From Longimicrobiales bacterium (GTDB taxonomy: Bacteria > Gemmatimonadota > Gemmatimonadetes > Longimicrobiales > Gaopeijiaceae), in NCBI GenBank assembly GCA_965202985.1, contig CBDBCF010000001.1, positions 352,001 to 416,000 on the forward strand: 64,000 bases of DNA, in the 5' to 3' direction. Under the pieces are notes generated by a model. The model saw only the letters and a list, made by a program, of their open reading frames with translations, did no database searches and was not told where the DNA came from. The position numbers and the translations under genes were made by a program. The stretch's first letter is position 1. Every line of letters begins with the position of its first letter. Of the stretch, positions 10,174 to 19,716 are shown in pieces.

Positions 10174-13100
10174 GTGACCAGTCCCCGCCCTTCCCTGCCC
10201 CCCGACCTCCGCAGCCAGCTGGCCAAGGTGGTCCTCGGCGCCCGGCGCGTCGCCGAGGCGGCGGCCCGCCACGCCTTGGAGGCGCTTGCCGTGGAGCGCA
10301 GCGCGTCCCATAAGGCGATGTCGCTCACGGATCAGGGGCTTCGGAACCGGTTGCGAGCCCGGGGGCGGCAACTTGGGGACCGCCGTGACCCACAGGCTCG
10401 CACGCAGGAGATCGGCCGGCTTGCCCACGAGGTGGCATACGAGCAGTGGCATCGGATGCTGTTTGCCCGGTTCCTTGCCGAGAACGGGCTACTCTTGGAG
10501 CCGGATCACGGGGTGCCCGTTTCGGCGGAGGAGTGCGCCGAATTGGCGCAGGCGGAGGGCACGGACCGGTGGACCGTCGCCGGGAGCTTTGCGGCGCGGA
10601 TGCTGCCGGGCGTCTTTCGGCAAAGCGATCCCGTGCTCGACGTCGTTTTGGCACCGGAGGCGCGGCTCGAGCTCGAGGAGCTCTTGGAGTCGCTTCCCGA
10701 GGCCGTGTTTCTCGCTGGGGACGCTCTGGGCTGGACCTACCAGTTCTGGCAGGCGAGCCGCAAGGACGAGATCAACCAGAGCGGGGTCAAGATCGGGGCC
10801 GACGAGCTGCCCGTCGTCACGCAGCTGTTCACCGAGCGGTACATGGTGCTCTTCCTGTTCCACAACACGATCGGCGCTTGGCGAGCGGGAAAGGTGCTGG
10901 CCGGGAGCAAAGGCAACCACGAATACGAGAACGAAGACGACCTCCGGCAGGCCGCGCGGATCAACGCCGGCGGAGGTTACGACTTCACGCATCTGCGGTT
11001 CGTGCACGACGAGGACCAAGCTTGGCGTCCGGCCGCGGGAAGCTTCGAGGGTTGGCCGCGGACGGCGGCAGAGCTTCGGATTCTCGACCCCTGCTGCGGC
11101 AGCGGGCACTTTCTGGTCGAGGGCCTTGAGCTTCTGGCACGCCTCCGCATGGAAGAAGAGGGCATCTCCTTGGAGCAGGCCGTCCGGCGCGTCCTGGCCC
11201 AGAACCTGCACGGCCTCGAGATCGACGCTCGCTGTGCGCAGATTGCCGCATTCAACGTGGCGTTCACTGCCTGGCGCTTGGTCGGTCGCCCCATCGGGCT
11301 TGGCCGAATCAAGGTTGCCTGTTGCGGCTTGGCGCCCAACTCCACGGAGAGCGAATGGATGGTACTCGCGGACAGTGGCGAGGAGGCCCTCGGCATGGAG
11401 GGCGATCGAGACCTTTTCGGCACCGACCCCTCGCTGGCGACTGGCCCACTCCGGGAGGGCGTGGCGGCTCTGCACAGGCTGTTTCGGGATGCGCCGGCAC
11501 TCGGATCGCTGATCGATCCACAGAGGGTTCTTGGCGGCAACCTCTTCGAGGCGGGCCTGTCGACTATTCGCGAGTCGCTCGCGGATGTTCTTGAGCGAGA
11601 GAAGCGACATGCCGAGACGTTCGAACGCGCCGTGGCGGCCGAGGGCATGGCCGGCGCGGTCGAACTGCTGGACGGCACCTACGATCTGGTCGTCACAAAC
11701 GTTCCGTTTCTTGCTCGCGGCAAGCAGTCGAAACTCCTGAGGCAGTTTGCCGATAAAAATCATTCAGCCGCCAAGGGTGACCTCGCGACCATCTTTGCTT
11801 CTCGCATCTTGCGATGGCTGGGAAAATCCGGCACACAGGCATTGGTGGCGCCTCAGAATTGGTTGTTCTTGACGACTTACCGGAAGTTCCGAGAGGGCTT
11901 GCTGAAACAGCACACATGGAATGTAGTGGCGCGGCTTGGTGCAGGAGCGTTTGAGACCGTTAGCGGTCACGTTGTGAACGTATGCCTGCACATTCTGACT
12001 TCGGGGCGACTAGACTCGGACTGGCGCATGGCCGGAATCGATGTGTCTGCTACCGGCGGCCAACGACCGATCCCAGCCGCCGAGAAAGACCAGCTCCTTC
12101 AGGGCATTGCGCCCGTTGAGTTGGCCCGTCAAGCGGATCACCTTACGAATCCCGATGCTGCGATTCTGATGCGTCCTATCGGCGATCAGACGCTTCTGTT
12201 GACCATCGCCCGTGGTCACCAGGGCATCGCTACGGGAGATTATGCATCGTTTGGAAGGAAGTTCTGGGAAGTCGGGCGAGAGAGGCTGGACTCGCGTGCC
12301 TGGACCCCTCAGCAAAGCACGGTCAAGGAAACCACTCACTACGGAGGACGGGAACATGTCCTGCACGAGAACGACGGCGAGGGCGGAAAGGAAGGCCTTC
12401 AACCGGGCAAAGGCGTACGTATACAGGGGGGGGGGGATATGGCTTAAAGACGGGGTGGCCGTCTCGCAGATCGGACCACTTCCGGCCACTCTCTACACAG
12501 GCGAGAAGTTCGACAACAACGTCAGCGGGATTGGCCCCCTCGACGAGCATCTCCCCGCCGTCTGGGCCTTCTGCTCTTCGCCCGAGTACGCCCGCTCCGT
12601 TCGCGAAATCGATCAGAAGCTCAACGTCACCAATGCAACTCTCGTCAAGGTCCCCTTCGATCTGGACCACTGGCAGAAGATCGCCGCCGAGCGATACCCC
12701 AACGGCCTGCCCGAACCCTACTCCGACGATCCCACCCAGTGGCTGTTCCACGGCCATCCATGCGGCAGCGTCGTCTGGGACGAAGACGCCAAGCGGCTTG
12801 CCCACGGGTCGCTTCGCACCGATGCCACTGTGCTCCAGGTCGCCGTCGCCCGGTTGCTGGGCTTTCGCTGGCCAGCCGAGCACGACCACGAGTTGCGACT
12901 AGCGGCCGAATCCCGTGCCTGGGTCGAACGTTGCCGTCAATTCGATCGCTTTGCGGACGGCGACGGCATCGTCTGCATTCCGGCGGTCGGCGGCGAACGC
13001 CCCGCCCAGGACCGCCTGCGAGAACTGCTGCGGGCGGCTTACGGGCCCCATTGGTCCGTGGCAACGGAACGTGCGCTACTGGCCGACACGCAGAACGCCG

Positions 13101-13837
13101 GGAGCACGCCCCCGTCCATCGACGACTGGCTGAAAGATCGCTTCTTCGAGCAGCACTGCAAGCTGTTTCACAACCGGCCCTTCATCTGGCATGTGTGGGA
13201 CGGGAGGCGGGACGGCTTTCACGCGCTCGTCAACTACCATCGCTTGGCCGCGCCCGACGGGCACGGCCGCCGCACGCTGGAATCGCTTGCCTATCGATAT
13301 CTGGGCAGCTGGATCGAGCAGCAACGGGACGGCCAACGCGAAGGCAAGGCCGGCGCCGACGCCCGCTTGGCCGCCGCCCTGGGCCTCCAGAAGCAACTTG
13401 AAGGCATTCTGCTGGGCGAACCGCCCCTGGACATCTTCGTTCGCTGGCGGCCCCTGTCCGACCAGCCCATCGGCTGGGAACCCGAACTGGACGACGGCGT
13501 TCGCCTGAACATTCGCCCGTTCATGCGCGCCGCGCTCCCGTCAGGGGGCCGCGTGGGCGCAGGAATCTTGCGATGGAAGCCCAACGTCAAGTGGGGCAAG
13601 GACAAGGGCAAGGACCGCAGCAACGACACGGGCGAAACCACCCGATCTCGGAAGGACTTTCCCTGGTTCTGGAGTTGCCCCGGCACAAGCAGCGAAGCCG
13701 AACGCACCGACTTTCGCGGCAACTCCTACTTCGACGGCAACCGCTGGAACGACCTCCACTACACGCGGGCCGTCAAGGAAGCCGCTCGCGCCGAGGCCGC
13801 CATCCCATCGGCCCGCGCCAAGGAGGCTACGCCATGA
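10174..13837 (+). pseudogene. pglX: BREX adenine methyltransferase PglX, frameshifted at G11 tract (ORFs 10174-12447 and 12212-13837)
   Basis: TQLFTERYMV, LDPCCGSGHF (motif I), VTNVPF (motif IV variant), FHNRPFIWH, DDGVRLNIRPF. Deleting one G from 12426-12436 fuses the two ORFs as RIQGGGIWLKDGVAVSQ. Confidence 0.88.
12426..12436 (+). repeat. G11 homopolymer at the pglX frameshift
   Basis: ATACA-G11-ATATGG read directly. Confidence 0.95.
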
Positions 13838-15063
13838 ACTGGCCCCATGTCCGCGAACGCATCAAAGCGGGCGAAGACGACCGGACCGAGTTCAAGCAGG
13901 GCGCCTCGGACATGCGCGTCCTCGCCAAGGCCATCTGCGCATTCGCCAACGGCACGGGCGGCCTGCTCGTCATTGGAGTCGACGACGACGGGACACTGGT
14001 CGGCGTCTCCAGGGATCCCGAAGCCGTTCAAGAACGATTGACCAGCCTCCTTCAAAGCGGATGCGGCAGGCCGGTGACGGCGGAGTGCGGCAGGCACAGG
14101 ATCGAAGGCGACCGATGGATTCACTGGATCGACGTTCATCTGCACCAGCGCGGCTACGAGCCCTTTGCCAGCGAGGGGCGCTACTGGATTCGCCGGGGCC
14201 GGGCGACCGTGCAGCCGTCGCCCTCCGAGCTTCAAGATCTGCTCAACACCTTCGGGCTGGTCCTGACCGAGCAGCAGATCATTCCCTCGGCGACCGTCGA
14301 CGACATCGACTTCTCGGCCATTCGCACCTTCTTGCGGGCGCAGGGCATGGACCTCGACGCCGCGCCCCAGCCCACGCGCCAAGAGGACCTGCTCGTGGCC
14401 AGCGTCGCGGACGAGGTGGAAGGAGTGGCCCGTCCGACGCTGTACGGACTCATGGTCTTCGGGCGCCAGCCGCAGGCCCATCCGCACACGCATAACCTGT
14501 TCGTCCAGTGCACGCGGTACGACGGCCGGGACCGGTCGGCCGACGTGCTCAGCGCCGCCGAAGGCACGGGCCGCCTTGAAGACCAAGTGCGGCAATGCAT
14601 GGGCTGGTACCGCAGCCTGGGCAGACGCGAGGAGTATCGCGGACTCGAACGCATCGACATTCCGATGGTCCCGGAGCCGGCCCTTCGCGAGGCCCTCGTC
14701 AACGCGGTCGTGCACCGCGACTACGCCATCACCGGCTCGTCGGTCCTGCTGGAGGTATTCTTCGACCGCATCGTTGTGACCAGCCCCGGTGCCCTGCCCA
14801 ACCACATGACGGTGGAGCGGGCCACGGGCGGCGGCGCGCCCCGGTCGCGCAACGAGATGATGGCCAACGCCATGGTCGTGCGCAGGCTCATGGAGCGGCG
14901 CGGCCGGGGCTGGCTCGTCATTCGCCACACGATGCGGCAGTTCAATGGGACCGAGCCGACGCTCGAGAACGATCCCGTCAGCCGCATCGTCCGCGTTACG
15001 TTTCCGTTCGCCCCAGCCACCGCCACCGAGCCAGGAGATCGTCGTGCCGAAGAGCCGCGCTGA
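13834..15063 (+). CDS. Schlafen/AlbA_2 + HATPase_c_4 protein #1
   Basis: GEDDRTEFK, ICAFANGTGGLLVIGVDDDG, ALREALVNAVVHRDY, SPGALP, ERRGRG; AGGAGG RBS; ATGA overlap with pglX. Confidence 0.9.
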   Translation: MNWPHVRERIKAGEDDRTEFKQGASDMRVLAKAICAFANGTGGLLVIGVDDDGTLVGVSRDPEAVQERLTSLLQSGCGRPVTAECGRHRIEGDRWIHWIDVHLHQRGYEPFASEGRYWIRRGRATVQPSPSELQDLLNTFGLVLTEQQIIPSATVDDIDFSAIRTFLRAQGMDLDAAPQPTRQEDLLVASVADEVEGVARPTLYGLMVFGRQPQAHPHTHNLFVQCTRYDGRDRSADVLSAAEGTGRLEDQVRQCMGWYRSLGRREEYRGLERIDIPMVPEPALREALVNAVVHRDYAITGSSVLLEVFFDRIVVTSPGALPNHMTVERATGGGAPRSRNEMMANAMVVRRLMERRGRGWLVIRHTMRQFNGTEPTLENDPVSRIVRVTFPFAPATATEPGDRRAEEPR

Positions 15064-16753
15064 AGTCGAGGACCTGCTGGACCGCTTGAACGAGTGCTCG
15101 GCGGACGAGCTGGAGGCGCAGGATGTTGACTTCAAGGAATGGGGCAGGGACGCCAAGCGGGCTTTGACCAAGGCGGTCGACTGGGCCGTCTGCATGGCCA
15201 ACGGAGGCGGCGGAACGATCGTCTTCGGAGTCGCCGACGATTTGGTGGGACGCCGGAATGCCGTCGTCGGGGTTCCTCACGACGTTGCCGTCGATCGTCT
15301 TCGTCTCGCGATCTACGACAGGACCGACCCGAGGCTCACGCCGACATTCGACGAGATCGAAGTGCCCGAGGGAACGGGCCGGGTCCTCGCCATGCACGTT
15401 CACCCCGGCATTCCGCCCTACACGGACACGTCCGGCAAGGGGTTGATTCGCATTGGCAAGGACTGCAAGCCGCTGACGGGCGCCATGCGGAGGCAGTTCT
15501 TCCTGGATGACTATACGGGAGAGATTGTAGGGCCAGTGGACCGTGGCTTGTTTTCGGCCGCCGCCATTGGGGCATTGCGAGACGCCGCGATCAAGGAAAG
15601 CGCACCCGCCGAGCTGACGAATCTGAGCGACGAGGAGTTGCTGGCGGCGATTGGCGTCGTTCGCGAAGGCAGGTTGACGCGAGCAGCCGTTCTTCTCGCG
15701 GGTTCGGAGGATGCGTTGCGAAGGCACGTGCCCCAGTACGCCTGGACGCATCTTCGGATGTCGACCGACACGGACTACTCGGCTCGGCTGGACGGACGCG
15801 AGGCCATTCCTGTCGCCTTGGCGCGCATTCTCGATCGCATGTCGGCAGACAACCCCATCGAGACGATACGGCGCGGACTGCATCACTTCGAGTATCCGAC
15901 GTTTCCAGAGATTGCTCTTCGCGAAGCGCTTCTCAATGCATTCTGTCATGCAGACTATCGCATTGCCAGTCCAATACTGATCAAGCAGTTTCTTGGTCGA
16001 TTGGTAATCACGAATCCAGGAAGACTCGTGGGCGGCATTACGCCCGACAACATTCTTCATCATGCGCCCGTGGCTCGAAATCCGTGCTTGGTGGAAGCGC
16101 TGGTGCGATTGCGTCTGATCAACCGTGCCAACCTTGGCATTCAGCGCATCTACAAGTCTCTTCTCATCGAAGGGAAGGACTTGCCCGTCATCGAAGAAGT
16201 CGGTGAATCGCTTCGAATCACGTTTAGAGCGTCCAAGTTGGCACCGGCGTTTCGTACCTTTGTGGAGGACGAACAGAAGGCAGGCACCGACCTGAGTGTA
16301 GATGACCTGCTTGTTCTGGATCACTTGCTCCGTTCGGCGGAAATCGACCTGGCGGAAGCATCTCGGATCTGCCAGAGATCACGCGACGACGTAAGTGTTG
16401 TCCTTGCGCGAATGGAACAGGACTTGGGCTACGTGGACCGTGGCGGCGACAGTGAAGACAGCTATTGGACATTGCGTCCCGATGTTCACGCAAGGATCTC
16501 GAACATCGAGGGACAGAATCGCGAAACGGGATGGGAAACGACCAAAGCCAGAGTACTCAGCGTCATCCAGCGTCAAGCTGCACGGGGAGCACGGCCGTTG
16601 GTGAACACCGATGTTCGGCGCATCACTGGTCTTGATCGACATCAGGTCTATCGTCTCATTCAAGAATTCGCCAACGAAGGGAAAGTTCGGATCGATGGAC
16701 ACGGCCGAGCAGCCACATACGTGTACTGCGACAGAACCGGCCCCTCCAAATGA
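15044..16753 (+). CDS. Schlafen/AlbA_2 + HATPase_c_4 + C-terminal wHTH protein #2
   Basis: LEAQDVDFKEW, CMANGGGGTIVFGVAD, LREALLNAFCHADY, NPG, C-terminal NTDVRRITGLDRHQVYRLI...GRAATY; GTG after AGGAG. Confidence 0.88.
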   Translation: MPKSRAEVEDLLDRLNECSADELEAQDVDFKEWGRDAKRALTKAVDWAVCMANGGGGTIVFGVADDLVGRRNAVVGVPHDVAVDRLRLAIYDRTDPRLTPTFDEIEVPEGTGRVLAMHVHPGIPPYTDTSGKGLIRIGKDCKPLTGAMRRQFFLDDYTGEIVGPVDRGLFSAAAIGALRDAAIKESAPAELTNLSDEELLAAIGVVREGRLTRAAVLLAGSEDALRRHVPQYAWTHLRMSTDTDYSARLDGREAIPVALARILDRMSADNPIETIRRGLHHFEYPTFPEIALREALLNAFCHADYRIASPILIKQFLGRLVITNPGRLVGGITPDNILHHAPVARNPCLVEALVRLRLINRANLGIQRIYKSLLIEGKDLPVIEEVGESLRITFRASKLAPAFRTFVEDEQKAGTDLSVDDLLVLDHLLRSAEIDLAEASRICQRSRDDVSVVLARMEQDLGYVDRGGDSEDSYWTLRPDVHARISNIEGQNRETGWETTKARVLSVIQRQAARGARPLVNTDVRRITGLDRHQVYRLIQEFANEGKVRIDGHGRAATYVYCDRTGPSK

Positions 16754-17340
16754 TCGCCGTTCCCGTTCTTTCGAGCATTTCCGCGCAATCAGCCCCCGAA
16801 ATGCTCGCGAACCCCCGTATTCCGAGCATTTCCCGCCAAAACCCAGAAAGCCGGCGTCTCCCACAGGAAAGCTCGCCGGCAAGAACTTTCGGATTTCCCC
16901 AGAATGCTCGCCGCTCCCGTGCTCCCGAGCATTTCCGCGCAATGGACGCCGGAAATGATCGCGGACCAGGGTTTCACGATCATTTCCCGCTAAAACGGGC
17001 GTTTCTCCACAAAGCTCGCCCGCAAACCTTTCGGATTCCCCAGAAATGCGCGCCGTTCTCGTTCTCCCGAGCATTTCCGCGCAATCAGCCCCTTAAATGC
17101 TCGCGAACCTTCGTCTTCCGAGCATTTCCCCGCCAAATCCCCAGAAAATGAGCGTTTTCCACAGGAAAGCTCACCGGCAAGAACGTTCGAATTCTCCCAG
17201 AAATGCGCGGCCCGTCCCGTTCTCCCGAGCATTTCCGCGCAATGGACGCCGGAAATGATCGCGGACCCGGGGATTCCCGATCATTTCCCGCCGAGTCCGC
17301 GCAATTGCTCGCGTAGGCGTTCTCCGCTTCTCTTTGCTCG
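16748..17340. repeat. Ordered array of alternating inverted 9-mers (AAATGMTCG / CGAKCATTT); ~150-bp units within a ~300-bp higher-order duplication
   Basis: Forward copies at 16748, 16799, 16902, 16953, 17044, 17095, 17146, 17201, 17253; reverse copies at 16772, 16823, 16926, 16977, 17068, 17119, 17226, 17278; spacers 15-16 and 18 nt. Confidence 0.92.
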
Positions 17341-19716
17341 ATGACTCCAACCACCGTCCTGAACCTGCTCGCGGACAGCCTTCGCCGGCGGAGCGCGGCG
17401 CCTGAAGGTCAGAAGGCCCCGGTGGCCATTCTCTGGCCCGACCCCAAGGAGGAATGGCGCGGCCTTCTGTCGGACCTTCGGGGCAGCGTCCCGGAGCTTC
17501 TGGCGCTGGGCGAGTACGACCCGGAGGCCGGCGTGGGGCCGGCGATCTGGCTCCGCTGCGTCGTGGGCGGAACGTTGCCCGCGCCGTGGGAGCAGGGCGG
17601 CGACGACCTGGACGATCGGGCCGACCGCGACAGCCGCGTCCCGATCCTCTATTTGCCGGGCGTTGCACGCGAGGACCTGCGAGTGGGTCCCGACTGCCCG
17701 GAGCGCTTGAAGCCGCTGGTCGAGCTGATGTATCGCGGGACGATGTGGATTCAACCCAACGGGCGGCCGTGGAGCCCGGCGGCATTCCTCCGATCCCCCA
17801 AAGGGCTAGGCCTCGACATCGCCACCGACGCCGCAACTCGCAAAGCCTTGACCAGCGCCTTGCCGGAAGTCGCCCCGCTTCTCGTTGCCAACCTTCGGGG
17901 CCACCACTGGGACGCCAACGACTTCAACCGGCTGCTGGCCGGCGATCTCGAGCGGGACGTCCTGCGGTGGATGGCCGATCCGGACGGAGCCAGGAATCGC
18001 ATGGACGCCGGCACTTGGAGCGCGTTCCGCGCCCGTTGCCGCCAAGAGTTGGAGCTGGACCCGGAGGCCGACGCGGACGTGGACGCGGCCGTCAAGCTGG
18101 TCAAGGGAATGGGCCAATGGGGCAAGGTGTGGGACCGGTTCGCGGAGGCGCCGCATGCCCACTCCGGCGTCGTGGAGGTGCTGCGGCGAGGCCGGCCGTC
18201 GGGCGAAATCCCGCTTGACCGCGACCGTTGGCCCGACCTGAACGCGGAGGACGAGGCGGCGGCGCGGAAGGAGCTGGCGGCCGTCGTCGGGCTCTCGCCC
18301 AAGGCGGCTCGGGCCGCGGTGGCCAAGCTGGAGTCGGCGCACGGTCCCAGGCGCGAATGGCTGTGGGCGCGTCTCGGCGAATCACAGGTCGCACGACTCT
18401 TGGAGCCCTTGGCTCGACTGGCCGAGGCCACCCGGGTCGCCATCGGAGGGGCGACGCCCGAGGAGATCGCCGACACCTACGCGAAGGCCGGTTGGCAGGC
18501 CGACGCTGCCGCGCGAGAAGCCGTAGCGCGTGCGGCGGCTTCGGCCCAAGACGAGGCGATGGTCGTCCAGGTCGTCGGCCACCTGCTGGAACCCTGGATG
18601 GACGCGACGGCGCGTGCCTTCCAGTCGGCCGTGGAACGGTCGCCGCCCCCCGGCGTCAACGGCGGGGACCCCGTGGAAGCCGGGGAGAACGAGTGCATTG
18701 TCTTCGTCGACGGACTTCGCTACGAGCTGGGCCGGCGGCTGGCCGAGCGCCTGGAAGAGAAGGGATGCGCCGTCCAGATCGCGCGCCGGTGGGCCGCGCT
18801 GCCCACGGTGACGGCCACCGGGAAGGCCGCCGTCGCCCCCGTCGCCGACCAAGTGGCGGGCGCTGCGCTTGGGCCTGACTTTCGGCCCGAGATCCCCCCC
18901 GGCCCGCGTCCCGCCGACCCCGGCCGTCTGCGCCAGGCAATAGCAGAGCGAGACTACCAGCTTCTCGGAGCAGACGTCCCCGAGATGCCGTTGCAGGCCG
19001 GCGCCCGAGGCTGGATGGAGACCGGCAAGATCGACAAGCTGGGCCACGACCACCCCTCCGATGCCGTTCCCTTCGCCCGTGCCGTCGAGACCGAGCTGGA
19101 GCGGATCGCCCGGAACGTCCTCGGCTTGCTGGAAGTGGGCTGGCGCTCCGTCCGCCTAGTCACCGACCACGGCTGGCTCTGGCTGCCCGGCGGACTGCCC
19201 ATGGTCAGCCTGCCCAAGCACCTTGTGGCCTCCAAGTGGGCCAGATGCGCGGTCGTTTCCGGCGACTCCCGGCCCGCCGACGCGCTTCGCTTCCCGTGGC
19301 GATGGAACACGGCGCAGTCGTTCGCCACGCCGCCGGGAATCGCGTGCTTTAGCAAGCGGAACGAGTACGCGCACGGGGGAGTCAGCATCCAGGAGTGCCT
19401 GACGCCGGACATTCGCGTCGAGCGCGGTGCCGGACCTGCCAGCGCTTCGGCGTCGATCCGCTCGATCGTGTGGTTGCGCTTGCGTTGCGTTGCCGAGGTC
19501 CAGGCAATAGGCGGACCGGCCACGGCGGACATTCGCGTCGGAGGACCATCTGGCCGCTCCGTGGTCCTGGAGTCCAAGCCGGTTGCCGACGACGGCACGG
19601 TGAGCCTAGTCCTGGACGGAGACGAGCACGAAGACGCAGCGTTGACCTTCGTCGTCGCCGACGCCGACGGGCGCGTGCTCGCCCACCAGTCCACCCGCAC
19701 GGGGACCGCCCAGTGA
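17341..19716 (+). CDS. pglZ: BREX PglZ phosphatase/nuclease (type B-like)
   Basis: VFVDGLRYELG, ALPTVTATGK, VTDHGW, YAHGGVSIQEC. Confidence 0.92.
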   Translation: MTPTTVLNLLADSLRRRSAAPEGQKAPVAILWPDPKEEWRGLLSDLRGSVPELLALGEYDPEAGVGPAIWLRCVVGGTLPAPWEQGGDDLDDRADRDSRVPILYLPGVAREDLRVGPDCPERLKPLVELMYRGTMWIQPNGRPWSPAAFLRSPKGLGLDIATDAATRKALTSALPEVAPLLVANLRGHHWDANDFNRLLAGDLERDVLRWMADPDGARNRMDAGTWSAFRARCRQELELDPEADADVDAAVKLVKGMGQWGKVWDRFAEAPHAHSGVVEVLRRGRPSGEIPLDRDRWPDLNAEDEAAARKELAAVVGLSPKAARAAVAKLESAHGPRREWLWARLGESQVARLLEPLARLAEATRVAIGGATPEEIADTYAKAGWQADAAAREAVARAAASAQDEAMVVQVVGHLLEPWMDATARAFQSAVERSPPPGVNGGDPVEAGENECIVFVDGLRYELGRRLAERLEEKGCAVQIARRWAALPTVTATGKAAVAPVADQVAGAALGPDFRPEIPPGPRPADPGRLRQAIAERDYQLLGADVPEMPLQAGARGWMETGKIDKLGHDHPSDAVPFARAVETELERIARNVLGLLEVGWRSVRLVTDHGWLWLPGGLPMVSLPKHLVASKWARCAVVSGDSRPADALRFPWRWNTAQSFATPPGIACFSKRNEYAHGGVSIQECLTPDIRVERGAGPASASASIRSIVWLRLRCVAEVQAIGGPATADIRVGGPSGRSVVLESKPVADDGTVSLVLDGDEHEDAALTFVVADADGRVLAHQSTRTGTAQ

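Noticed and set aside
16750..17151. 133-aa ORF overlapping the Schlafen #2 stop (ATGA)
   Set aside because: It crosses the repeat units in shifting frames, its ATG is part of the repeat motif, and the product is not protein-like.
16748..17340. CRISPR array interpretation of the repeat region
   Set aside because: Repeats are 9-bp inverted pairs, the spacers themselves recur between units, and no cas genes are in the window.
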